A stretch of DNA of 64,000 nucleotides, taken from contig OZ296648.1 in the NCBI GenBank assembly GCA_965655095.1, positions 172,422,001 to 172,486,000 on the forward strand, given 5' to 3'. The stretch is from Haplodiscus bocki. Lineage: Eukaryota. Positions within the stretch are counted from its first letter, which is position 1. Every line of letters starts with the position of its first letter. Below are positions 49,290 through 61,945 of the stretch, piece by piece. A program made the position numbers and the translations under genes. The notes under the pieces were generated by a model. It searched no databases and had not been told where the DNA came from. It saw only the letters and a program-made list of their open reading frames with translations.

Positions 49290-50640
49290 TGTAGTAGATA
49301 CGTATCAAATACGTATTACTCCCCAGTAAATGTTCATGTAAATTCTACGTATTTTATACGTAGCACTCCCGTGTACCGAACCAGATTGGGACGGAACTTT
49401 TATGTAACGAACACGTACCTACCTAGCAGTTACTCTAAGCTAGGAGTGAATATTTTGTTACGTACGCGTTCCGTCGCTACCGATCTGGTGACGTCACAAA
49501 AATTTCAACCAATACGCTGTGCTTTCATGCTGTGTCAATTTGGACGAACACGGAACGTCTACGTGGCCACCAGAATCGTTCTCATCAGTAGCACTGCGGA
49601 GAGCAGTGCTACAAGCGGCTACGTAGCCGTTCCGGAACACTTTCTCCAAGATGAGAAACCAGCCTTTATTAATGAGGAACGGACTAGGAAAAAGCCTAGT
49701 TTCGTTCCAAAAGTGAATATACTCGATGTAATAGTACTACCAAGCATGTAATTATGATTTTCTACAATTATTTCAGTATATTTTACCTAATTTTGGTGCA
49801 TTTTTAAATACTTTCCTCTTATGGAAAATCTTTTTGATCATTTGTTTATGTTATTAATTATCGTGTTGGCGCGGGAATAAGCACTTTGATATCCTTTTCC
49901 GACTGATCAAACCCGTATATTTTCCGTCGAAAGATGGAAAAAACGCAGTCTGTAAAGGAAGAAATGGAGGGAAAGCTGTTTATTTCCCGCCAGAGTGGGC
50001 ACATTTTTATTGTAATTATTATGATTAAAGTACTTTTCTCTACTTTGTACCTTTACTTGGCGTGTAAACAATTATGTTTCCCGCCGAGGAAGAGGTATAA
50101 ATTGGAAAAATGAAAGTACTAGGGGGGAGAACCTCAATATCACTTTGATTATCAGTTGACTGTACTGATTGTGACTAGTTGTTTATTCTAAAGAATATTC
50201 AGTCTGCATAACTGCGTAGCATTTTTCCTTCCAAAGATGGCAACGTTGAGAAACAAACGAAAATTTGCAGCCGTTACAGGAGAAACACAAGAGGAACATC
50301 CTAGGAACAGCCAGTCACGAAACACGTCCGTTCGTAGAATTAACGAGGAATATATCACACAAGTTTCTGAGGAGATTGAAGGCAGAGTCACTGAAAAACT
50401 GTCCCAGGAGTTCAGCCGGACAGAGTCCCGCATTTTGGGTGCTCTGTCTAAATTAGACGAATTTCTCTTGAACCAACAGATACAAACTCATTCCGGAACC
50501 GTTCCGGGAACATTCCGGAACACAAATGTGGAAAACCAGGGAACGAATGAGGACGACTCCCAGAGTAATCCTCATCCTGAAGCAGGCATCTTCCGCAGCC
50601 AGATTACACAAAACTCTGGCCCAGAAGTACAACGTGACAG
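49290..50640 (+). mobile_element. 5' part of a second family B element (LTR/leader plus gag N-terminus), head-to-head with 46100-48500
   Basis: ORF from 50237, MATLRNKRKFAAV..YITQVSEEIEGRVTEKLSQEFSRTESRILGALSKLDEFLLN, is homologous to 47056-47337. The leader (49860-50110) is homologous to the rc of 47510-47760. Confidence 0.85.
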
Positions 50641-50699
50641 AAACAATCGTTCATAAAGATGACAGTTGCGAGATTTTTTTTAAACAAAAAGTGGAACAA

Positions 50700-52400
50700 C
50701 GAAGAAACCGGGAAAGCAGTGAGAGTTAAAGAGGAATCTACTTTGACGGGGACATACTGGTTCAATTTATTGGTGAGCGAGGTTTTCCGACGGACACGCA
50801 TTTTCAAATTACGAATTGACTTCAGAGACACTTGAACTGTTCAACAGTTTTTTCGACGACTTTCAGAAGCTTCATTACTGCCTCTACTTTTGCATCAGTG
50901 AGCTACAGTTCATGAAGGGGAACTAAATTTTGGGTGATGCCAAAGGAGGAGGCTGTGAGGCTCTGATATGCTCTGTTTGCTCGCGGGATTTTGAGCTTTT
51001 ATTCCTGATTCGATTCGTTTTTGGATCGTTTTGCACGATCAACCAACAACACTCGAGAGAAATCATGCAAATACGACAGCCAACAAATTATTGCATTTCA
51101 GATATTAAAAGAATCATGGATTCCGTGAAAAAATAAAGCCTGGTCTGTTGAGGTGAGAAGCCGTAATCCAATACCTAGGTTGGTTGCTCGTTCAGTGGAT
51201 AGTAAGGCGTTGAGGGAGGTATTTGAAACAGGAAAGTCATGAGTGATTGAGTTGAAAAAAGTAGTTCTGATCAAAAAACCCTACTTCAGTGGGAATTAAT
51301 TCGAAGCAACTGCGGTACTCGGAAAAAGCCATCCCTTGCTCAAACTAAACAGATGAGAAAAAAAAGCAACCCATGGGGTCAGTCAAATGCGTAGAGATGG
51401 AGCTCAAGTTTTCCGTGTGATGCAGACTGAATCATCAAGGAAAAGCGTCAGAACTGATTTTGCTTCGCAAAAAGTCAGAACGATTTGCCTGGAAGTCAAC
51501 GGTATGCTAAAGGTCGAAAAGTTTCGCCATTGTAATGCGACATCATCACACACTGAGCTCGAATCTCATTTTGCCAAAAAAACTGCATGAAGAAGATCCA
51601 CAAGAGGCTTTCTTTTGTCTTACTGTGTAGTATCCTTACCTTTTCCAAAAGTGGATCCAAAGGAAAAATATTGATTAAAAAAGTAATTTCAAGTTGAAAC
51701 GTTCACGCGATAAGCAGTCGGAGCAGAGTGACAGTTTGTTTGCAACCACCAAGAAAACTAAAAGTGTGTTCGACACCCAGCAACCACACTCGAAGGATGA
51801 CACAAACACGATTTTGTACATGAGTCAGTTCTTGTTGAATTGGAGTTAAGTCAGCCATGAGTCGCTTCTGAAAACGAAGCCTTTGCTGTCCAATTTATTT
51901 GAATAATCTGCGATCCTTCTTATTAGGACACTTCGGTAGTCCGATCAATGCCGAATATTAGCGGCATTTGTTTCCGATTCCACCTAACTATCTCCAAGGA
52001 TTGCAATGAGTCCTCCAAAGTGCGATTGACCCAAGGCAACATCGCCTTCGGAGAGACAATGACTGAAATACAAGCAAACTAAAGCTTGCAACCCGGCGGT
52101 GTCCTGTGGCATCGCATTCAGAAAAGGGCGTTAAAACATTGATTTTTTTTTCATTCCAATCGTATAAGATCGTTTTTTGTTTCGTTACTTTCGTGATCAA
52201 TTTGGAGGAGCATACATGAGAGGTTGACACCAGCAGATTTGAACAAAAAATGATTTGAAATAAGGATGGAACAAGTTGAGGGATGCACTTCGCACATTTG
52301 AAAAAGGATTGATTTCGGTGTTCAACGTCAGGTTGCATTGTGAATTTGTACGTGATGAAGGGCCCCAAAAAAATTATCACGAAAGAGCAGTTCTGCCAAC
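50700..52400 (-). pseudogene. Second decayed env-like glycoprotein gene
   Basis: FSIPLTSRQIVLTFCEAK (~51490), TERATNLGIGLRLLTS (~51170) and FVGCRICMISLEC (~51065) are colinear with IEVPIA..FTVFAA, EKAEN*DYG and YPGCRIGIITLRC of the 18-20 kb copy. Confidence 0.6.
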
Positions 52401-53488
52401 AAGGTTCTGATTATTTGATCATCAAAACAGGATAGATTTTTCAAATCAAACCTTAAAATTTTTCCCAGTTGAACGTTACAGGCCCATTAAATGAAATCAG
52501 AAAGTTTGCAAATTAGAAGCAATGAAAGGAGCATGCTTCAGCCGAAAAAATTTTTAGAATACTAAAGCTTTGGAAAAAATAAGTTCCAAAATGTCGCGGT
52601 GAAATCGCTTGTATTAAAATCATTCAAGTTTTTGCAGATGACAATGCTTCTGTAAATAGCAGTTCAAGTTGAAATGTCTCATCAATTGTTGTGCAAAAGA
52701 TCGTGCTCTTTTAGAATCTTCAGGAGCAATGGTCATTATGTGGGCTGTTGAAGTTCGGTTCGACCACCTTGAGATAAATTTATTTGCATTTTTTGCTATG
52801 CTGTTTGCAAACGTTGCGTTTGTTCTTCTCTTGGTTAACGCATTGCTTCATGTGGATTATGAGGCTTTTTTCTATTTTTTTTTGGTTTTACGAACCTCAA
52901 AAAAATTAGAATTTTTCAGCTCTCGAATTTAAAATTCTGACCGATGGCCTTGAAAGTTTTGTCTGTGTATACTGTTTCATGACACAAAAAGGTGCAACGA
53001 GGAAAGTAATTTTTTTCCTGAATAGGTCTGCAGACATCATGGACAAGATTTTGCTCTGGCCTTACGATAACCCAACCATTGAAGTTTGTGGATAAAATAA
53101 GAAACAATATAGTGGATATGGGTTCGGTAATAAGAAACAATATAGTAAGTGATGACGGTACCCTCGTTTGTTCAATGTGTCATAGTTTTCACACCATCAA
53201 CTGTTGTCGCATTTTTGTTGAACCTATTAATCCGGAAACTATGCTAAACTCAAGGAAACATTTTGACTGATTTAATGGAAACGCGGCCGGCCGCCAGCGG
53301 CATAGTTTCCTCCCATTGGTTTTGCTAAGGATACCTTTTGGAAGATGACAGCGTTTTTTGGAAAAAAAACATTTTTAACAAAAGCAAACTACGATTGCTG
53401 TAAAAGGAACCTTCAATTCAGGTAGAAAAAAGACTTTTTATGATATCTAATTTGATACGAAGTCTGTAGCAAATTTGTCACTCTAAAG

Positions 53489-53779
53489 GACCTGGAATGA
53501 AACTGTAGGACTGAATGCTACTTCGACATACCTTGCCGTTTCTTCACTTCTCCTTTAATAATTGTCATTCAACCAGAGAACTGGTTGAGTTGTCCCTTAA
53601 GGTTATTTAACGACGGCCACTACTTTTGTTTATTTCAAATTTTTGAATGCCAACCGAAATTGATGTAATTTTGTCATGTCATGCAAAATTGCAGCTACAG
53701 AATACGTTCCGGAATCTAAAAGTATTGTTTCCTCTGGAAAAAGACGGTAAAACAATGAAAGTATTTCACGCGCTGTGGA
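53489..53779 (+). repeat. ~290-bp direct repeat, copy 1
   Basis: Near-identical to 56079-56371 (starts GACCTGGAATGAAACTGTAGG). Confidence 0.9.
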
Positions 53780-56078
53780 CTCCGAAAAATTTCATGTTTT
53801 TCGAGATGCCCATAGAATATTTCAAGAAACTCCCAATTTTTTTACGTTCTAGGAAATTTCAATAAATCAGGAGCATTCTTCGGCACACTTTCTACATTTT
53901 TAAAGAAGAAAAGTCTCACGCACAGATTCGTCAACTATTGGGCGTTTTAAAGTCAGACATCATCATTTGGCTAGTAAGCATAAAGAGACGTTCGCTTCAA
54001 GTGTTTGTCGTTCCCCCATATTTTAAGTATGGCAGATAATATTATTGTAGACAAATGAACGAGAAGCCAATTATTTGGTGTTAGAATTGTCTTTAGAGTA
54101 TTGGTGGGTTACTATTTGTGTTCTTTCATTGTTCATGACTTGCCTGAGCTTTACTCAAAATTTGGAATTCATTTTTTTAAAAGTTGTTGTTATACGAAAG
54201 ACCCCGGAATCTAAAGCAAAGAGCACTAAAAAGCTAAAAAATAGAGCAACGTGCATGAACACGGTAGGAGACGCCACAAAAACTGACATTTTTCAAAAAA
54301 AATGTCAGCCTCAATGGTGACGGTCACGTAAGGAAGGATCCCGAAATTTTTTTTTTGGTTTAAGGACAGTGTGAAAGCAGAAGCTCAAATGGAATAAGAG
54401 AGTATTTGCCGAAAATTTGGAACAATTACTTAATCGTGATCTTGATAAACGATGTTTGAAAAATTCAAATTGGAAAGAGCAAAATATCACGATTCAAGGT
54501 GAAACTTCTGAATTCAGTACGATAAAACTGGTATTGGGAAATGATCAGAGCTGTTGTACTGGCCCGCTCTTCTAGCGGACAGGCTGAATTATTGAGATTG
54601 TAGACGGCAAGGACGCAAATTTTTTGAGGTCATTCGAAAAAACAATCGCCCAGGGCAAAGGATTGTTAGCCAGTGCCAAGTTTAGGAAAGTGAGCTCTCG
54701 ACTTTTTGATGCACCCAACTGCGTGTCATTTCGAGGAGGCACAGTTGTGGTGTCTTTCATTGGCGGGTTCCTAAAAATATTGTTTCTTGGTCGCTAAATT
54801 TGGGACAAATTGAATGTTTCCTTGGGCATATAGGGCTACTAAACGAAAAAAGAGGGAGCACAAAGTCCAATAGAGGTAACTGTTGTTAAGTCAAAAGAGT
54901 GACAAAATCAAAAAATGGGATGTCTTTTGAGTTGAACAAGTGCAATTACCTCAAACATGGATGGCAAGAATGTTTTCGAATTCATTGAAAAAAGCATGAC
55001 TTCAATTGTGTTGTTACTCTTGTTTTCACTAGTTGGCGCCGCTTTTAAATTTTATTTGGTCTACAAACAATGGTTAAACTCTACCAGGAACCTTTAGTAA
55101 AGTGTTCTAAAGTGTGTTCAATTACTTTCAAATGACACAAAACGACACTTATTACTTTCAAGTACATTTGCAAAATAGTAAATTGCTTCTAACTCTGACA
55201 GTCAATACAAATTTTGAAGCTGTGGGTTGGTATGCAAAGCCTCAAACGTTTCAGGTAGCGTTTGCACTACTAGAGCAGTGTGTCAAAGGAATTGGGGCCA
55301 AGTTCCACAATTGTGACCGTTGCCGACATGAAGATAGTTATCAGCACCAGCAGTAAAAAATCACTCGTATCGGTGTGATTTGTGTTGGTGAGAGTGGCTC
55401 AGCCAATTCGTCTTCTACTGGGTCAGGCACCACCACAGGTGCTGAGTGCCAGGGACATAGCATGAAATTTTATTAAAACAATTCGGCTGCAAGACCGACA
55501 GGTAATAGAGCCCGATGTAAGGGGACTAATAGCTACAGGTGGCGGATCTTCCGTCACAGTTCGTGTTCAAACCATTGAGGTCCAACAAAATGTACGTTTC
55601 CGGGGAAAATGATCTGGTCACGTAGGAATTTGTCCGACGAAAGAAGAAATTGAAAGTTTTCAAATTGATGACACTAAGGTCATTAACATAACATTAAATA
55701 GTTACAGGTCGCATTGGAATGCGATAGGAACACTGTTTAGTCTGTGCCCAGTCTGCGGAAAAAAGCTATTAGGATTCGTCCATTACATCTCAGCGCGGTA
55801 TATTGGTATCCAAACCGGCTAGGATCTATTCAGTAAATACAGTCACAGTCAGATGTAGTCAGTATGTAAAATACAGTCAGAAAAAAAAGATGCATCGTCC
55901 TGGCTTGAGCTCGGCAATCAGGATAGGTTTTTGGTTGTTAAAATCTCTCAATTCAGGTTTCTCCTCCGAAATCGTTGTTTTCATAGCAAGTTCTAAGGCG
56001 AAGCAAAGATACTGTTGAGGAAAATATTTCCAATCACAAATTTCTGAGGCATCAATCTGAAATTTCATTGGGCTCACA

Positions 56079-56371
56079 GACCTGGAATGAAACTGTAGGA
56101 CTGAATGCTATTTCGACATATCTGTGCCGTTTCTTCACTTCTCCTTTAATAATTGTCATTCAACCAAAGAACTGGTTGAGTTGTCCCTTAAGGTTATTTA
56201 ACGACGGCCACTACTTTTGTTTATTTCAAATTTTTGAATTCCAACCGAAATTGAAGTAATTTTGTCATGTCATGCAAAATTGCAGCTACAGAATAAGTTC
56301 CAGAATCTAAAAGTATTGTTTCCTCAGGAAAAAAGACGGTAAAACAATGAAATTATGTCACGCGCTATGGA
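56079..56371 (+). repeat. ~290-bp direct repeat, copy 2
   Basis: Near-identical to 53489-53779, offset 2590 bp. Confidence 0.9.
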
Positions 56372-56699
56372 ATTTGCCCTGCTGTTTGTGATAAGCACAA
56401 CAATCAAAAACCTTGTGGAAAAATTAATTACCGTCAAAACAGAGTAAGAGGTCTTTCTAGTGGTTCATCTCAATCAGTTGGAAACAATTTGCTGAGATAG
56501 GAAGTTAACAACATTTGTATAAGTATTTTAAAATTTTTTGATGGTACTCATTTGAGTTTTGGATAAGTAAGATGAACTTAAGTCGTTCAAATTAGAAGAT
56601 TTGTAAAACTGAAGTTAAAAACGTTGCTGAGTTTGAAGGACGGTTCGAGGAATGCCAAATTCCCAATCACAAAAAAAAAGAAAACGGTCTCGGATTATA

Positions 56700-59100
56700 C
56701 TTGCGTTTTATCTAAATCGGTTGCCATCATTTCGAAACAGATGATAAGCGGTTAGACTCTCATCGGTTTTTTTGCCGAGCCAGAGGTATGGTGAGCGACT
56801 GCTCAAGAAATTTCCAAATTTTCCCAAATTGGCACCACGAACTTTATAAAATTAATTTGTGAAAAGACTTCACGAACCTTTTCTTCGGAATTGACAGCAC
56901 TCAAAATATCTTGACACACGTCAGTTCCAATCATTTTCACCTGCTGTTTTGATTGAAGGGGAAAAATCCCCCAATTAGAAGATCTTTTTCTACTTTGGAC
57001 TTTGAAGCCGAGAATTGGCTGTTAAGACTGCGCTCTATGACTTAGTATATGAAATACAGGAACTGTTAATCAAGCAATTCAGTTAGATCTTCAAAAAAAT
57101 TTTACTTTCAAGAGAAGAGTTGCGAGGCTTAAATCTGTCTCAACTTCAATTTCACGGCCAAGCGCAAGACAGCTGCAAGCTCGACCAATGATTTAAACTC
57201 AGTGAAGGAAAATCAACTGCAGAGGTTGGTCTGCCAGACATGTCATCAAGAATGCTAATAAATGAAAGTTGTGATGAGGACATTTCAATAGAAGGGATCG
57301 AAGCTTTTCCATTGAAAAAAAAAATAAAATTGTTTCGATTTTGGGGGTTACTTATTAGATGAAATGAGCATAGAAGTCTGAAGATGAATACAATGATAAA
57401 AATTCTTTGAAGTACACAGAAAAATCTAACTGATTAGCGCATAAAATAATGAAAAGAGCAACGTGGCACGTAATTTTTCTTCATAGAAAAATTGAAAACG
57501 CCAATCTTCAAGACCAAGAGAGTTAAAATAAAAGAAGCATCAAGCAACTGCAGACAAGTATGTTGAACGTTCAATTAGGTTTCCAACACGCTTTGAAAAG
57601 CAACTGCAGACAAGTATGTTGAACGTTCAATTAGGTTTCCAACACGCTTTGAACCATGTTTTGATCTATTAGTCGATTTATGATTGTCTTCAGTTTTTGT
57701 AAAAGAGTTACATTTGGGTAAAAAGCGGGTGAACTGCACTAAATGGTGGCGCAGAATAGAAACCAAATTTTTGAAAACACATACGAAACCGATCAAGCGT
57801 TTCACTTGTTTCATTAGATTCGTCATTCTTAATTGTTCTGTTAATTCTTTCGCCCTATCACCTTTTTGTGACATGCCTACAGGAGCAATTTAACAACCAA
57901 TACGTATGTTTTTGTCGTTCATGTTTTAATTTTTTTTGTGCACGTACGTTTGAGCCCGATTGTGCCAAACAATCAATTTTTTCGGGTAGAGTATCAAATG
58001 GCCTAAGACAAAATACACAGTTGCAAAATGTTCCTAGAAATGTGAACAATTATTTTCGGCTAAGCGGAGGTCAAAATAGTGCTTTAAGAAAGAACGAGTT
58101 TCATGACATTTTTTAAGCCACTCTGAACTAAGCCATTGCACGGGAGGCCAAAGTTCATGCTCAGGGCCAAAAGTTGAAAGAAAGATTCCTCTCTAAGTGA
58201 ACACAATCGTATGCTTCTGAACAGCTATCCCTACTCAGAAAATAATTTCTTGTGGTGTTTTGTGGTATGCGTTCCTTTCAAAGTCGCAAAACTTTTTTTT
58301 TCCAAAAATCACGGCATACACATAGTTGAGGCAGCAAAAGTCTTCTGAAAACGAAGTTTAGCGGATTGTTTGACTCAAACAGATAAGGGCCTTCTGCATC
58401 TGGTTAAAATTTCATTGATCTTGAATGATTTCTGTGCTATCTGCATCACGGTGTGTTTCGGATCAAAAGTGAATTCATGCTTGTCTGAAAATACTTTCTA
58501 AGATTGGCTCTTTTCATTCTAAGCAGAAGGAGAAAAGCATCTTGGAAAAAATGAGGCCCGACTTGAAAACCAAATTGTGCTGGTTTGTCTATGGGAACTC
58601 AAAGACACAGAACATTGGGATGAATTTAGGTGAAAATGAATGGAACACTTTTCTTAGGTTCTTTTTAAAAGCATTCACGTAGCACTTTAACACAGGAGCC
58701 TAATCAGTTAGGGTTCGCCATTTCAGTTGTTAAAAGGAATATGTGTTCATTAGAAGGGTTTTCCGGTTCAATTTGAGGAACAACCAACACTTTCAATGGA
58801 AGATTTGAGAGATTAGGAAAACAAATCTCTACTTTCTAGTGAACTTTTGTAAATGAATGAGAACTTGGGTAATGCTGAGAAGTATTTTTTTGAAAACTGC
58901 AAGAATTGATTTTTAATTCCCGTCGAGGAAGATTTCCAAGGAAAACGCAATGGGTTGCTAGTTACATAGATAACCTCACTCAGGAAATTTAGTATTTGAT
59001 TGCTGTGTGTACAACACAAAACACACACCTACGATCAGGCATGAATTATTCAAATACAAAATTCAGTTGAAGTGTCATTTTTTGATGTTGAGGATTTTGA
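56700..59100 (-). pseudogene. Heavily decayed Gypsy pol relic (RT, RNase H)
   Basis: LRMTNLMKQVKRLIGFV (57575-57874) matches the RT thumb of element C. RNase H-like FSVYFKEFLSLY at ~57400. Boundaries are approximate. Confidence 0.65.
57542..57653 (+). repeat. Perfect 56-bp tandem duplication
   Basis: AAGCAACTGCAGACAAGTATG...CACGCTTTGAA occurs at 57542-57597 and 57598-57653. Confidence 0.95.
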
Positions 59101-61199
59101 ATTTGAAGCTGAAAACTTTTTGTTGTGGCTGAATTTTTGAGCGGTATGGCAAAAAAACACGAAATTCATTTCAAAAACAAAAGTTCGGTCGGTTTGCTAC
59201 GAATTTATTGAAAAAAATATTGTGGTAACAAGGTAATCTAATTAGAAATATACAGCTGAGGTTGAGAAAAACTAGGTGGAAAAACAATGAAACTACGACT
59301 TGTAGTGCGGCTGCGAGCTACAAGGGTACCACAATTTCCAATCAAAAAATGAAATTTGAATGAAACTTTGTGGATAAGGGCGACTGTGAGGTTGTTGCGT
59401 CTGTTTTGCTTGTAGAAATTTTTCAACAAATTTATTAAAGTTGATTTGCGTTCGTCAAATATTTCAGACAATTGAATTATTCGATGCTGAAAAACTTCTG
59501 AGGTATTGCTTAAGTTTTTCTAAAGCAGTAATGAGAATCTTCGTTACAGAAAGCTAACACTAATCGCATACATAAAAACATATAGTATGGAAGTATTGTG
59601 GAGTCGATATTAATCTCGTTTAGAACACCAGTCAGTCACTCTGGGAGCTTCAGGTTACTGGAGCAGAATTGCACATAACCAGGCAGATAAGTCACCAAGA
59701 AAATGTTGCCGAATTCGAACTGACTCTGTTCTCTGAGCATAACGTAGTTTTTCTGCGCAACGCTCCGGGTGTTATTTAAACCGAGAGTGTTCAGCAGCTC
59801 CATGTGTCGATAAAACTTCAATTCCTACAACAGTCTTGGGTCCCGACCTAGATTGGAGCTCAACACAATTGATTATAATGTTACTGAATTCTATTGCGAA
59901 TTAACAGCTGTCCAGCACAGTAAATCTTATGATTTTGGATTGTTAAAGCGTTCCCGGAGAGCTGATACCTTTTGATATCTCACTGAGGTGGGCGGTAAGA
60001 TTAAAGTTTGAAAAAAAGCGAAAACTGTATTTTGAAGATGAAACTTTTTTGAAAAGTATACTTGTTGAATAGTTGGAATCGACGTTACAGCTCAGCTAAA
60101 GTAAGCCGAAGTGTACATTGAGTTGCCAAACGTTCTCTCTTTCCGAGCAAGAACTGGAACTGAGGTTGAGTTAAAGCTGAGCCAAGAAAAATCAGCTTGT
60201 TACAGCTCAATGATCAGACTTCAAACACTGAAAAATTGCTCCAGCTGTTTCAAGTTGCCAACCTTTAATTCAAATGATTTCCAGATGAGTTTAAAAAAAA
60301 CTCCTTCGGTTTTTTGGCGATTTTGTGAAAAAGAGAACGTAAGTGCCAAAATTTTTCCATAATGGAAATCACAATAAAACATCTGAAAAAATTTTGGGCG
60401 GAGAGAAAAGACTCATTAGGCTTTTGCTCAACCTGCATTTGCAGAAGCAATAAGTTCTGAAATTGATGAGTTATTCTAGCCTTGACTTCATAAAATTGTG
60501 TGAAAATTCTGTTCGTTTAATTTTTATAATTATATACATTGACAATTTGATCAAATTGACCTTGTCCTCGAAGTAAGAGAGCTATTCCATCATGTGGGGC
60601 GGCGGTGGACGACCTTGCATGTAATATGTAAGGCTATAGTCCCTGGAATTCCAGTTATATGTTCACTTGTGCATGTATGTTTTGGCAATGTGTTGAGATA
60701 GTGTATACTTCGGAAAAATTTTCAGCTAGGTCGGCAATGTGTTAAGTTAGAACGGTAAGATATTACGCGGGCGGTTTTTGTTAAGATAACCGAAACAAAA
60801 CCCGAGAAGGGTGTTTGGCAATGCATTACGATAAGGTATGGTGCTTAAAAAAGTATAAAGATAGAGATTCGGGTTTAATGGTTCCTTTCTGGCACTGTTA
60901 AGATCTTTCAAAATTTTTTCCAACTTTTTTCCGGGGCCCGCGGGTAAATTATAGGGAACGGTACCAATTTAAGCGCCTGCAGAAACTTTATCGAGAATAC
61001 GGCTAATTGATACGCTTGCCGAATCTGTTATGGAACAATGCTACGTAAAAAGATTTTAAAATGATTAGAAAGTATATTTGCTAATAAAAACATCTCTTAA
61101 CTTGCACGTTTACCTTGAAGAGATCGAAATATCACACGTAAAGTCCTAATAAGGAAAGTACGTCAAAACCATGAATTCTAGTACTTTCTCCTTGCAGCA

Positions 61200-61480
61200 A
61201 CTTGAAGAAACGAAAAAACTGCATCTATTGTGTCGAGCCTTAAGCGCTGGCACGAGACTGTTAAAATTCAGGAAACATCGAGTTTGTGACGTTGCTTGAG
61301 GAAAAGGAGTTTTTCATGATCAAAAGGTTTGGCAAAAAAATGTCATTCTGCTGGGCTGAGTCTTTTTAGTTGCAAAAGTCGCAATCTGAGGAGTTGGAAT
61401 TTGTTTTGAACACAAGCCAAAGTGCCAATATTTGAGTAGAGAGAAAAAATTTTCTTTTCTGCTCCAGAGGAACGTTATTT
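61200..61480 (-). pseudogene. Maverick adenain-like cysteine protease, N-terminal fragment
   Basis: LKYWHFG..IPT..TFATKKTQPS resembles the YxGxFPxD..AIINTxPS..GEHW region. It directly follows the capsid fragment. Confidence 0.45.
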
Positions 61481-61489
61481 ATTTTAGAA

Positions 61490-61750
61490 TACCTTTTCAT
61501 TTATATCAAAAGTGTCAAATGCAACAAAAGCTTTTCAAAAACAATCGTTCTGCCATTACAATAAGTTGAGTAACCTGTTCTACAGCGGAGAAAGTTCAAC
61601 TCCAGACTTTGTGGGTTGCACAACTAGTTCATGATAATGAAAAATATCAGTAGCGGTTTCCATTGAAGTCAAATCAAACACTAGTACATAGTGGTTTTTA
61701 TAATTACCAAAGGGCCTTGGGAGGATACCATCTTGAAAATTCTTGGACGA
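61490..61750 (-). pseudogene. Maverick major capsid protein, C-terminal fragment
   Basis: NFQDG..NYKNHYVLVFDLTSMETA..HYHELV..EQVTQLIV resembles the Y-x-x-x-FDLT C-terminal motif of Polinton double-jelly-roll capsids. Confidence 0.6.
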
Positions 61751-61945
61751 CATTTTTGGACGTCTGCGCTTAAAAACTACCCTTGCACTTAATTATTTGA
61801 CACACGGATACTAATGTGTCTTGCTGTTATGTGAAAAGATTGACTGAAAGTTTAGAAAAAGTTATTCAGAGTATTTAGGTGGTAACAAATCAAAAAATTT
61901 CTTTAATGCACAATAACTGAAGAATTATTTTGATTTGATTGGTTT

